Shown: in pieces, positions 32,491 through 43,313 of the stretch | Layout of the letters: the number at the start of each line of letters is the position of its first letter | Position numbering within the stretch: position 1 is the first letter of the stretch | From: Nitrosopumilus sp. | GTDB taxonomy: Archaea; Thermoproteota; Nitrososphaeria; Nitrososphaerales; Nitrosopumilaceae | DNA: 64,000 nucleotides | Reading direction: 5' to 3' | NCBI GenBank assembly: GCA_965207445.1 | Contig: CBDBLX010000002.1 | Span: 512,001 to 576,000, forward strand | The notes under the pieces: model-generated | Seen by the model: the letters and a program-made list of their open reading frames with translations, nothing else | What the model was told of the DNA's origin: nothing | The model's database searches: none | Translations under genes and position numbers: made by a program

Positions 32491-33084
32491 ATGAATCAAA
32501 CAACATCAAACACAACAAGAATAACACTGCTCACTTCTCTAGCTGCTGTCATGATCCTATCAATTGGCGCGGCTGTTGTTGCGTATGCAGATCATGATGC
32601 AAATACATCCACATGGTCAACTGACAGGACGTTTTACATCAAGTCGTCTCTTAATGGGATCTCTCACGCAAGCTTTACTCCTGCAACAGACTTTGAAGAT
32701 GCAGCAGATGTATGGAACGATGTATCGTCAAGCTGGTGGGACTTTACCAGAGATGACACCGGTAGAGATGTTGGCATTGGTGCCAAGTCATTTGGATGGT
32801 TTTCATATACTCTTGGTGAGACACGATACGTAGTACACAACGGTGTAATGCTTTCTGCATCCGTAGATTTTAACACCGAGATAGACTTTAGAGACGTCAA
32901 TGTCTCCCAAGGCTGGTGGTCATATGACTATGAGACTGTTGCAATACATGAAATTGGACACGTTGCGGGCATTCATGACCACACCGGAACTGGAAGTTCG
33001 CCTATGCGCTCTCACATATCGACCAACACCGTAGACCGAACATTAAACAGCCACGACACCGCAACAATTGGAGGGATGTACTAA
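32491..33084 (+). CDS. Secreted metzincin/matrixin-like zinc metalloprotease
   Basis: Signal peptide; DYETVAIHEIGHVAGIHDH zinc motif; SPM Met-turn; LNSHD..TIGGMY end. Confidence 0.8.
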   Translation: MNQTTSNTTRITLLTSLAAVMILSIGAAVVAYADHDANTSTWSTDRTFYIKSSLNGISHASFTPATDFEDAADVWNDVSSSWWDFTRDDTGRDVGIGAKSFGWFSYTLGETRYVVHNGVMLSASVDFNTEIDFRDVNVSQGWWSYDYETVAIHEIGHVAGIHDHTGTGSSPMRSHISTNTVDRTLNSHDTATIGGMY

Positions 33085-33085
33085 A

Positions 33086-33670
33086 ATGAGCAAAAAACAT
33101 CTTTTGCCTCTATTGGCCCTTGTCATAGTACCTGTGATTATACTTGCAATGCAAGACGGTGGCCGTGCCGATGAGATTGGAAAGCAATTTGCAGCAGAGT
33201 ACCCAGGAGCAACAATCATGATCCATACTTCAGAGGCAGCATTTACAGAACAGCAAGAAGTAGTACGCGCACAACTGATCATAGAAGGAACTATCCTAGG
33301 AGTAAAACCATACTGGAAAGTAGTGGGTGATGACACTATCCCCAGAATCCATACCGAGTACGCTGTAAGGGTGGATGACGTCATCAAAGGTGACAACAAC
33401 CTACTCACCAAGACCATTAGTGTCGAACTGTCGGGTGGCTCTCTGGATGGAATAACGGCCAAAACCGAATCAATAGAACTGACAACAGGCGAGACTGTAA
33501 TTATGTTACTTGGAAAAGACACAAACAGCATATTTGGTGATGCATACTCCCCTCTTTCAGTATCGAAGTCGGTGTACAAAATTGAAAACGGATATGCCAC
33601 AAACAAAGCTGACGACAGATCCGGTAGCAAGGACGAGATCAAAAAACGAATATCCGACAAACTGCGATAA
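33086..33670 (+). CDS. Membrane-anchored/secreted hypothetical protein
   Basis: N-terminal hydrophobic helix; AQLIIEGTI..VDDVIKG..GG pattern; starts 2 bp after the protease stop. Confidence 0.7.
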   Translation: MSKKHLLPLLALVIVPVIILAMQDGGRADEIGKQFAAEYPGATIMIHTSEAAFTEQQEVVRAQLIIEGTILGVKPYWKVVGDDTIPRIHTEYAVRVDDVIKGDNNLLTKTISVELSGGSLDGITAKTESIELTTGETVIMLLGKDTNSIFGDAYSPLSVSKSVYKIENGYATNKADDRSGSKDEIKKRISDKLR

Positions 33671-33951
33671 AAATTCCCTCATTTTTATTTCTAATTTTAT
33701 GCTAGTGGCAACCGCGTCCGTATTTATATAATCATATAGAATAACCAAGAGGGACAGGGATGGTTGCTAGAGGTGTACCGGATCATGGGCGCCGGCAAGA
33801 CGGTCCCAGTTCAACCACTACTCAGCTAGTCGACCGTGCAAAGATGTAGAGTAATGCTTGCACAAGATACAGGTTTGTAGCAGTACATGCCTGACGCCAT
33901 GCTCATCGTAGAACGAGCGAAAAACGACACGGTCTGAACACAGAGTGAGAG

Positions 33952-34025
33952 TGGACCGGAAGGGATTTGAACCCTCGATCCGATGCATGCCATGCACCTA
34001 TCCTACCAGACTAGACGACCGGCCC
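33952..34025 (-). tRNA. tRNA-Ala(GGC)
   Basis: Reverse complement GGGCCGG...CCGGTCCA with G3:U70; anticodon arm GGTGC-ATGGCAT-GCATC; GGTTCAAATCC. Confidence 0.93.
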
Positions 34026-34414
34026 ACAGTCAGAGATCTGACTATATCTGTCATTTTTAGATCAATTATTAACGTTGGTGTTTTAGATAAATATGGCCAT
34101 AAACAACCATAAATAACGGCAAACAATAACAAAATACCTCAAAACAAGAAATCTATATTTTTTCTAGATATGTTTTGCCAAATTTCTGACACATCTGAAA
34201 TATGTTGATAAACTTACATCTCTTACAAGTTTATATGGTCATCATTATAACATCGTAGATTTACATACACAAAATTATTTACGGCTTTTATTATCGTTGT
34301 ATGTTTGATACAACTCTTTTCATGTTATGATCTATCTTCAACTGTCATCCCTTAGTATTTCACCATATAATGATCATCACAATACATTTTAACACATGTA
34401 TGTTTGTTGTATTA

Positions 34415-35260
34415 TTGGTTGTAGATAACAAGGCGACTATTACATATGTTCAACTACTAAAAGAAGATTTAGTCGTTATCAGATTGGTTCCAAATGACGA
34501 GCCTGTGCCTGAATTTGAGGCAGGACAGTTTATCACACTAGGTATGCCAAACCCAAATGAAGGTGGCAAGATTGTTCGACGTGCTTACTCTATTGCATCT
34601 CATCCAGAAAACAGAGATTACATTGAACTTGTTATACGCTGGGTACGAAAACCACTACCTGGCCGTCTCACTACTCAATTGTTTAATGCCAAGGAAGGTG
34701 GTGAAATACTGTGGCTCAAGCCTACTGGTAAGGCGCTCAAGATAAATGATACAATGCCTGATGGCTCACCTGATACTCGTAGAATAATCTGTATAGGGGG
34801 TGGTACAGGAATAGCTCCATTTGTTAGTTTTGCACAGCACTTGCATGATATAGGTGACAAGCGCGAGATCATTGTATTACATGGGGCAAGTTATGTTGAT
34901 GAGCTAAGCTACAAAGACTTGTTAACTGATCTCGAATATGACAGTATAAGGCGCGGCAAAAACGAATGGAACTTTACGTACCGTGCTGCAATCAGTAGAC
35001 CGCAGGAATGGTTTAACAGATCTTGGTCTGGGCAAGTGGGTAGAGTAGAGACATTTTTGCGCCCTCGTGGTGATGATATATCCCCTCTTGAAGATTTAGT
35101 TGGTGACAAAATTACAAAGGAGAATACGATATTTTATGTCTGTGGGTGGCAAGGGACAATCGATGGTGTAATGGACTTTTTAAAGCCACGTGGCTTTGTG
35201 ACAGAACATGACAAACGCAGTGATGGCAGCTTTGAGGTAAAGTACGAGTCGTACGGCTAA
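34415..35260 (+). CDS. Ferredoxin--NADP(+) reductase family oxidoreductase (TTG start inferred)
   Basis: FEAGQFITLG, RRAYSIAS, GGGTGIAPF, FYVCGWQG, YESYG. Confidence 0.9.
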   Translation: MVVDNKATITYVQLLKEDLVVIRLVPNDEPVPEFEAGQFITLGMPNPNEGGKIVRRAYSIASHPENRDYIELVIRWVRKPLPGRLTTQLFNAKEGGEILWLKPTGKALKINDTMPDGSPDTRRIICIGGGTGIAPFVSFAQHLHDIGDKREIIVLHGASYVDELSYKDLLTDLEYDSIRRGKNEWNFTYRAAISRPQEWFNRSWSGQVGRVETFLRPRGDDISPLEDLVGDKITKENTIFYVCGWQGTIDGVMDFLKPRGFVTEHDKRSDGSFEVKYESYG

Positions 35261-35330
35261 TCGACACTTTTTACTCTAATATTGATTTTATTATAATAAT
35301 TGAAATACCGATCAAATACACATACACTAG

Positions 35331-35951
35331 TTGTCAAAATTCGATACTGCTCTTTATTTGGCCCATCTTAATCCTGTCACAAACGCACATGTAGAGATAA
35401 TATCAGATTTAAAAAAAAGTGCACATATAATAAAGGTCATGCCTGTCATATTTAGAGACCAAAACAACTTTGAGGTCAACAGTAAAAGCTTTCCATTTGA
35501 CTTTGAGTCTAGACATGAGATGCTCAAATCCGTATTTGGCAACACTATTGAGATATCCCAAGATTATACATTTCATGCACCATTCAAGCGGTACATGCCG
35601 CCTCTTCTCTCACCAAAGTCTTGGAAGCTACGCAAACAGATCCTTTCTAATGTCAAAGGTCGATACTTTTCATATACTGGTGACAAGGCTGAAGGGTATA
35701 TGCTTCGACTTTATCATATGAGGCCAAAGGTGGGACAACGAAAGTCTCTTTCTGCTACATCTGTCAAAGAAAAATTATACGCCGCCGCTATTAAAAGTCC
35801 TACAGATGCACCCTCTGTACATTGGGAGCATGATGTGCCTGATTCTGTTGCACGTATAATAAAACGTGAATGGAGTATAATACAAAAATTTGCCAAAGCA
35901 TCAGATATGACCACTCGTATATGTGGGATGAAGTTTCCAAAAGAGCACTAA
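35331..35951 (+). CDS. Cytidylyltransferase-like nucleotidyltransferase
   Basis: AHLNPVTNAH (HIGH-like), SATSVKEKL, W..DVPDSV. Confidence 0.7.
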   Translation: MSKFDTALYLAHLNPVTNAHVEIISDLKKSAHIIKVMPVIFRDQNNFEVNSKSFPFDFESRHEMLKSVFGNTIEISQDYTFHAPFKRYMPPLLSPKSWKLRKQILSNVKGRYFSYTGDKAEGYMLRLYHMRPKVGQRKSLSATSVKEKLYAAAIKSPTDAPSVHWEHDVPDSVARIIKREWSIIQKFAKASDMTTRICGMKFPKEH

Positions 35952-36130
35952 AAATTATACAACACATTTCTATTTGAACTTGATATATGTTCTAATTAAC
36001 ATCTTTGGATACTATGTGATATATTGCATACATGTTTGTGGCCTATATCGTTGATGTTTGACCATACTATCACCAAGCACGTTGGGCATTCATGAGGTTA
36101 TGTGGCATTATCTTTAATGCTTGATGGGTT

Positions 36131-36212
36131 GTAACCGTTCAACCTCTTTTCCAAATTTAGGCACAAATTCACCGTCTAGTGTCTGGCGCATATACGGGGG
36201 TTGAACGGTTAC
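36131..36212. mobile_element. 82 bp IS66-type MITE, copy 1
   Basis: TIRs GTAACCGTTCAACC/GGTTGAACGGTTAC; inverted homolog at 57787-57868. Confidence 0.8.
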
Positions 36213-36260
36213 GTGGATAATCTACTAAACAGATTAATACAGTTCAAAGGGCAAAAATGT

Positions 36261-37178
36261 ATGAATCTTTCACTATATGATTTAGTGTGGTTTGATGGCT
36301 CTTTTGTGCCCCTTGAGCAGGCGACTGTTCCAATCACTACTCATGCACTACACTATGCAACATCTGCTTTTGAAGGCATTCGAGGATATTGGAATGGCTC
36401 AAATCTTAACTTGTTTAGATTAGATGATCATATAAAACGACTTAGACGCTCTGGTAAATATTATGATATATCACTCAATTACACAGATGCACAGATCACT
36501 CAAGCTATAGTCGGAATATGTCAAAAGAATAATGTAAAAGAATCGTGTTATGTGAGGCCGTTTTACTTTGTAGGTGATCATGGTATAAGCATGCATGTCA
36601 CACGCGATGCGCCTACTAAAATGGCAGTATTTGCATTTCCATTCGGTAATCTGTTTACCAAGACAGGAATATCAGTTGTCATATCGACTTGGTTAAAATC
36701 ATCTGATGCATCAACTCCAATTCAAGCCAAGATGGGTGGGAACTATCTGAACTCAATAATCTCTACTGGGCAGGCCAAATCTATGGGTGCAGATGAGGCT
36801 ATATTACTTGATGCATCAGATAATGTATGTGAGGCACCTGGTGAGAATCTCTTTATTGTGAGTGGTGATGAACTGTTTACTCCTCCTATATCATCAGTAT
36901 TAGATGGAATTACACGTAATACAGTGTTTACAATTGCAGAGCATATGAATATTAAAGCAACTGCAAAGACTATACATAAAAGTGAATTTATAAAAGCCGA
37001 TGAGATATTCTTGACAGGTACTGCATCTGAGATAATCCCAGTGACATTAGTTGATTCAAAGTTGATTGGTGGTGGCAAGCCTGGACCCTTGACTACAATG
37101 ATACTAGAAAAGTACCATGATGTTGTAATGGGAAATGTACCTCAATATACTGATACTTGGCTTACACCGGTGTATTGA
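36261..37178 (+). CDS. ilvE: Branched-chain amino acid aminotransferase
   Basis: THALHYATSAFEGIRGY, LFRLDDHIKRL, AKMGGNYLNS, EAPGENLF, LDGITR, FLTGTASEIIPV. Confidence 0.93.
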   Translation: MNLSLYDLVWFDGSFVPLEQATVPITTHALHYATSAFEGIRGYWNGSNLNLFRLDDHIKRLRRSGKYYDISLNYTDAQITQAIVGICQKNNVKESCYVRPFYFVGDHGISMHVTRDAPTKMAVFAFPFGNLFTKTGISVVISTWLKSSDASTPIQAKMGGNYLNSIISTGQAKSMGADEAILLDASDNVCEAPGENLFIVSGDELFTPPISSVLDGITRNTVFTIAEHMNIKATAKTIHKSEFIKADEIFLTGTASEIIPVTLVDSKLIGGGKPGPLTTMILEKYHDVVMGNVPQYTDTWLTPVY

Positions 37179-37180
37179 GA

Positions 37181-38269
37181 ATGAAGTTTGCTTTGGTTAT
37201 TATATCTGATAATCACAATGATGCATCAAATGCCCAAATGACACTCAAATTTCAAACATATGTGAAAATATTGACACAACTCAAAGAGACGCCCTTTGCA
37301 GTTTATGATGCCAATTCCCATAATCATAAAATGTATGTAAATAATGTTACGCATTGTTATGATAATTTAGATGAGATGATCACACGTGCTCATTTTGATG
37401 CTACTATTGTGTTAGCACACAAATCTGTTCCAGTTTCTATTGTGTCTAGATTACTTGATGCAAAAAAACATGTATTTTTAGAGTGGCCTTTTGGGCGTGT
37501 CGTATCAGATTATGAATCACTTTTGAGTATTGCCCAAAAACGAAAAGTCATATTGGATTGTAATCGTATATGGGGAAAAGATACCGCCGTGGGTGCGCTC
37601 TGGTCTATGATCACCAATAACACATATGGTCATCTATTGGCACTAGAGTTCTCAGGACACGGTGACATGTTAATGTCAAGTTTACACGATATTTATGGTG
37701 CTGATTATTTTGATACCCCTCAAAACATCGATGACTGTCATCTGTCCCTTGTCACTTGTATGACTTTTATCTATACTGCAAACTGGCTCTTTAACACTGT
37801 CTCAAATATGGTATTTGCAAGGATAACCGATAAGGCGACTTTGTCTGATTCTGATCAAAACACTGAACAAAAATCTACACTTTATTTGCATATGATGCTC
37901 GGATATGACAATAACACAACTGCCATTATATTATATGATAATATAAAATTATTAAAGCCTGACCTTGGTATCGTGGCAGTGTTTGATAATGCTGTTGTGT
38001 CTGTAGATTTTGTCACTAGTCAAATACATGTGCAAAAAAATACCACATTTGATAGCACTGAGAGTACGTTATATGGCAACTTGCAAAATTATGATCAACA
38101 TCTATCTCTTGCCATACAAGATTTCATTGTTGCCATATGTAATGTAAAAGAAAAAGTATGTACATACTATACACCTCGTATCAAAGATGTAATTTCTGCT
38201 ACAAAGGGAGCCAAAGCTGCACTTTTATCTAGTAAGAATGGTATTCCTATCTATCTGGATGTGAGATAG
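37181..38269 (+). CDS. Divergent Gfo/Idh/MocA-family oxidoreductase
   Basis: LLDAKKHVFLEWPF (degenerate EKP motif); C-terminal AALLSSKNGIPIYLD. Confidence 0.6.
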   Translation: MKFALVIISDNHNDASNAQMTLKFQTYVKILTQLKETPFAVYDANSHNHKMYVNNVTHCYDNLDEMITRAHFDATIVLAHKSVPVSIVSRLLDAKKHVFLEWPFGRVVSDYESLLSIAQKRKVILDCNRIWGKDTAVGALWSMITNNTYGHLLALEFSGHGDMLMSSLHDIYGADYFDTPQNIDDCHLSLVTCMTFIYTANWLFNTVSNMVFARITDKATLSDSDQNTEQKSTLYLHMMLGYDNNTTAIILYDNIKLLKPDLGIVAVFDNAVVSVDFVTSQIHVQKNTTFDSTESTLYGNLQNYDQHLSLAIQDFIVAICNVKEKVCTYYTPRIKDVISATKGAKAALLSSKNGIPIYLDVR

Positions 38270-38611
38270 TTGAGAAAGAGCATAATGATGAAGATGCTTG
38301 CATGTCCTATGGATAAGTATCATCCGTTGGAATTGTACGTGATACGTGAGATTGTTGATAATGAATCTATCTGTAATGAGACTAGTAATGATAATACCTG
38401 CAAAGATAATACCCGCAAAGATAATGGTATTGTTTCTGAGGGCGCACTCTATTGCACCAAATGTTCTAGATTTTATCCTATTATTGAAGAGATCCCAATA
38501 ATGTTGCCTGATGATCTACGTGATAAAAAACACGAGATGGATTTCCTTGCCAAATACAAAGAATCATTGCCTGATAAAATAACTGCACATGCGAATCCGT
38601 GGCATTTGTGA
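38270..38611 (+). CDS. Trm112 family protein
   Basis: LACPMDK..PLEL, EGALYCTKCSRFYPIIEEIPIMLPD. Confidence 0.88.
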   Translation: MRKSIMMKMLACPMDKYHPLELYVIREIVDNESICNETSNDNTCKDNTRKDNGIVSEGALYCTKCSRFYPIIEEIPIMLPDDLRDKKHEMDFLAKYKESLPDKITAHANPWHL

Positions 38612-38782
38612 CTCTTTGTTTGAATGTCATTTGAGTGTTATTTACAGATATTCTTAGCATCCTTCTTTTGTTTTTTGTTAGTATGTTGGTTCTTACAATA
38701 CTAGTTTTTGTTGTGTATGTTCAATGATCGCTTTGTGATTTTTACGAAATCTCTAAATTATTCTCATTATAGGTACTATACG

Positions 38783-40159
38783 TTGACACTACCACGTGGT
38801 ATGAAGGACTTTGAAGGCAAGGATTCTGCACAAATTGAACATGTGCGAAAAGAATTTTTGCATGTATCTGGACTATATGGGTTTGAATATGTGGATCCGT
38901 CACCTATGGAGAACCTCTCTACGTTAGAGACGCGGTCCGGTCCTGCAATTCGAGATGAGATATATCACTTTAAGGACAAGGGTGGGCGCGATGTGGCGCT
39001 TCGGTTTGATTTTACAATGGGACTTGCACGGCGTGCAGCATCTCAGAGATCTGAGAAATTACCCTCAAAGGTATCGAGTTTTGGTGGTGTGTTTAGATAT
39101 GATGAACCCCAAAAGGGACGATATCGATATTTTCACCAATGGGATTTTGAGGTATTTGGTAAACCCACCATTCAAGTTGACGCTGAGATTGTCGAGATGA
39201 CATCTACTCTCTTTGACTCACTTGGGTTAGGTGATGAAGTTTATATTCATATATCTCACAGAAATTTGATCGAGTCTAAAATTCGCCAAGTGTGTGGTGA
39301 TGATTTTGATGATATTCCTACTATACTGCGTGCAGTGGACAAAATTGCAAAAAAACCAAAACAGGATATTATTGACGAGTATGTTGCTAGTACCGTATCA
39401 CACAATAATCAAAGTACTGACAACATGCGCGACAATCTAGCGCAGATACTAGATTTTGCTAGTATACGAGGTGACATTAAGACAGTTGCAAGTACGGCTG
39501 GCAACTCTATGCAGGAACTTGATGGATGGGAGCACCTAATGTTGTTGTTTGATTCGCTTCAGAGTCGTGGAGTATGTAATGCTAAAATTGATCTTGGTAT
39601 TGTGCGAGGACTAGATTATTACTCTGGGATGGTCTTTGAGGTATTTTATGATGATAATGATGGTAAAAAGAACAATACACAACATGATGACCATTTACCA
39701 CTTGGTGCCCTTGCTGGTGGTGGTAGATATGACGCTTTGATGAATGCATTTGGCAGGTCTGATCTTGGAGCAGCAGGAGTTGCAGGGGGTGTCGAGCGCA
39801 TAATTTTAGCAATGAATCAAAAAAGAATCTTTGATGATGTGACAAAGTCTTTACAAAATAATAATCTAATAGCAGTACTATACGCTACACCTGCGACTCA
39901 AAATGTGGCAGCACAAATCGCATCTGTACTACGTAAAAACGACATACACGCAGAGTTTGATATTGCAGGGAGAAATCTCAAAAAGCAGCTTGCGTATGCT
40001 ACTACACAAAAGCATGCACATGCTATAATACTTGTGGGACCTCGTGAACTAGAGCAAGGTAATGTCGTATTACGTTTAATGGATACTGATATTCAACACA
40101 CATTAAGTTTAGATGAACTACTAGGTAAACCACATGAACTGTTAATGCCTCTGATTTAG
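38783..40159 (+). CDS. hisS: Histidine--tRNA ligase (TTG start inferred)
   Basis: LPRGMKDF, ALRFDFT, FRYDEPQKGRYRYFHQ, RGLDYYSG, GGGRYD. Confidence 0.95.
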   Translation: MTLPRGMKDFEGKDSAQIEHVRKEFLHVSGLYGFEYVDPSPMENLSTLETRSGPAIRDEIYHFKDKGGRDVALRFDFTMGLARRAASQRSEKLPSKVSSFGGVFRYDEPQKGRYRYFHQWDFEVFGKPTIQVDAEIVEMTSTLFDSLGLGDEVYIHISHRNLIESKIRQVCGDDFDDIPTILRAVDKIAKKPKQDIIDEYVASTVSHNNQSTDNMRDNLAQILDFASIRGDIKTVASTAGNSMQELDGWEHLMLLFDSLQSRGVCNAKIDLGIVRGLDYYSGMVFEVFYDDNDGKKNNTQHDDHLPLGALAGGGRYDALMNAFGRSDLGAAGVAGGVERIILAMNQKRIFDDVTKSLQNNNLIAVLYATPATQNVAAQIASVLRKNDIHAEFDIAGRNLKKQLAYATTQKHAHAIILVGPRELEQGNVVLRLMDTDIQHTLSLDELLGKPHELLMPLI

Positions 40160-40824
40160 TTGAGAAATGCTCTTGTCATCATCATTATCTCTGGGCCTGT
40201 TGTAAGCGATCCTACTACTATTGCCTTGTTGTTTGCTAGCATACCTGATGAGACGTACGGTATCCCATTATTCACAGAGCTGTGCTCTATGTTCGTACCT
40301 AGTATGTCTGCCAATTCCTTTATGTCTTCTTGATCGGTTTCGGGATGAACTACTGCACCTGTATTATTTGCAACCATCGTTGAGCCTGTCTGATTCATGT
40401 CTGCTACTCGCCTTTGGAGAACTTCGACATCTAGTACATCTGATATGACTTTGCAATCTTGTACTGATAGCCACGGTGATACTATTGCGCCTTTGTCGTT
40501 TGCACATATTACGTTTCCAAGTGCAGTAAACTTTGAGTCTAGCACATCTATGTTTAATTTGGTCTCTCTCTTTATATAGTCATATTCATCAGAAAATGCT
40601 GTCTTTGGTAGTATAATGCCGTTGTTATTCATCGCAAGTAGTGCCCCAAGTAGCCTAGTATTTGATATACTTGTATGGACATATTGAGTCACATTCAAGT
40701 GTTCTGCAAGTTTGATTGCTCTTGCTGGCTCAAAACCCATTGGCACTAGTAATGTGTCGTCATTTGTAATCGAATATATGCCTATATTAGCCCCCTTATA
40801 CATATCAAATTTGATAATGTCCAT
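40156..40824 (-). CDS. eif6: Translation initiation factor 6
   Basis: NIGIY, ALGNVICANDKGA, SVNNGIPYVSSG, GSLTTGPE. Confidence 0.93.
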   Translation of the reverse strand: MDIIKFDMYKGANIGIYSITNDDTLLVPMGFEPARAIKLAEHLNVTQYVHTSISNTRLLGALLAMNNNGIILPKTAFSDEYDYIKRETKLNIDVLDSKFTALGNVICANDKGAIVSPWLSVQDCKVISDVLDVEVLQRRVADMNQTGSTMVANNTGAVVHPETDQEDIKELADILGTNIEHSSVNNGIPYVSSGMLANNKAIVVGSLTTGPEIMMMTRAFLN

Positions 40825-41611
40825 GTGTGTTGTATGTTGATGTGTGTTATGAATTTAAAGTTCTTGATGTGTTGTTGCATATTCAAAAATATGTGAATAT
40901 TTTTTTATATTATATCACTTGGCCTGAATCGTGTTTTTAATTTCTGTATTTTAAAACTACACATTTTAACTGTTCAAATAATGTGATTCTTTTTTTTATG
41001 TTTGATAAGTTGTATTGTTATTGCAGTGGTTGATTTTTTATTTGTGTAATATTTTCTAGTTACAAAATAAACACTAGTGTTATACTCTAAAAATAAAAAA
41101 ATGTGACAGTTTATTGTGATATACTACTATAATTCTTTGTATCTACTCACGTACTTTTGCTAGATTTCCTCTAGTTTGGATAACTTTTCTGGCCCAAACC
41201 AATCTGTTCTGTGCTTTGGCCCAAACCCACCTGAACCACTGATGTTGTCTTTATTGTTTGATGCAAATTAAATATCTGCATTATCGTTCCAAATACTAAC
41301 AAGTACCAACTCGTCAATGGTAGTTTGTGCTGTCATATACTGATATGGAATTCTTTCTGGTTTTGAATACAATTGGTAGTTGACTTGTTTATCTTGGTAT
41401 TCTGTATTGTGGATTAACATCTGTACTAGCAGACTGTAATTACTCAATACGACTGCAGAGTTGTTGCTGTATGAGTGTAAAGTTGTTTTGAGTTTATAGT
41501 GGTCTGTTGTTTTGTGTTGTCATTTACACACAAACTAAATGATGTTGACGTGTTTCAATGTGCAAATTATAAATTCATATAACTGCATTATATATTGTAA
41601 TTTATCTTTAA

Positions 41612-42184
<573 letters not shown>

Positions 42185-42258
42185 CTAGTCAGTATACAAT
42201 AGTTTAGTTTCAACTAATTTTATTTAGCTTTAAATAAGAAACTCTGTAATTCTATTCC

Positions 42259-42795
42259 ATGCCAATAGACGAAAAATTTGTTGAGAATCTTGAAGTCATC
42301 GGTAAGACCAATCATGCAGATGGTGAAAACAAGCACTTTATCTGGGGACCTGGTAATACTGAAGGTGATGCATTCTCCAACGATGATGTCAAAGCCGCAT
42401 ATGAGGAACATGGCGAAGAGCAAGTTCCACTTGGCATACATGGTACTACTGTAGCCGTCGACTGGGACTCTTGCGTTGCCGCAGGCTCTTGTATGAGCGT
42501 ATGTCCAGTACAGACGTTTCAATGGTATAGAACAGAACAAGATATACCTGCTGCAGACTGCCTTGATGCTACATTTGAGGGAACAGGACTAACAGAGCAA
42601 GACGAACGTCTTGACTATTCTGACAAATCTCAACCGATCAGAGAACATGACTGCACACAGTGCATGGCTTGCCAAGAAGCATGTCCAACACATGCAATTC
42701 TGATCGAACCGTCATATCTAGAACACCATGAAAAAGCTGACGGAACATTTGTCAAGATGCAAGGTAGTTCTGTAAATCCACATGCGCACGATTAA
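42259..42795 (+). CDS. 4Fe-4S dicluster ferredoxin (tandem paralog)
   Basis: CVAAGSCMSVCP and CTQCMACQEACP; colinear with the previous gene. Confidence 0.9.
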   Translation: MPIDEKFVENLEVIGKTNHADGENKHFIWGPGNTEGDAFSNDDVKAAYEEHGEEQVPLGIHGTTVAVDWDSCVAAGSCMSVCPVQTFQWYRTEQDIPAADCLDATFEGTGLTEQDERLDYSDKSQPIREHDCTQCMACQEACPTHAILIEPSYLEHHEKADGTFVKMQGSSVNPHAHD

Positions 42796-43020
42796 TTAGA
42801 GGATTATCCTCGATCATTTTTTTAATTATTTTATTTGGCTATTTATTTTATGTTTGGATTACTGTGAATAACGTATAACGATTTTTGATGAATTGCTATG
42901 ATAAATAAAAAGTTCATAATAGTTATAATTCGGATATTTTATTTTTCACGATAATTTGAATGATTGTTTTGTATTGCATGTTTGATAACAAATTTTAACT
43001 CTTTTTTATCCTTACAATGT

Positions 43021-43104
43021 GCAGAGGTCGCCTAGTTCGGTAGGGCGCGGGCCTTGAGAGCCTGTGTGCGAAAGCACGCGGGGGTTCAAATCCCTCTCTC
43101 TGCG
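43021..43104 (+). tRNA. tRNA-Ser(TGA)
   Basis: GCAGAGG/TCTCTGC acceptor stem, anticodon arm CGGGC-CTTGAGA-GCCTG, variable arm GTGC-GAAA-GCAC, discriminator G. Confidence 0.93.
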
Positions 43105-43313
43105 CTAACATGTAGGGAAGAAATGCCTATATTCAGTAGATATTACGCACAATGATACAATCAAATTTTTACGACCATACTAGGCATGCCTGATAAAATC
43201 ATATGTTTAAGCTTAAATGCATTTATAACAAAAAACCTATCCGCATTAATAATCATATGTGATAAATTAATTAGTAATTATATATTCATAAAAAGATCTA
43301 AATATATAGGCCT

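Noticed and set aside
36201..36260. N-terminal extension of IlvE
   Set aside because: The TTG start lies inside the MITE inverted repeat; ATG 36261 fits the family
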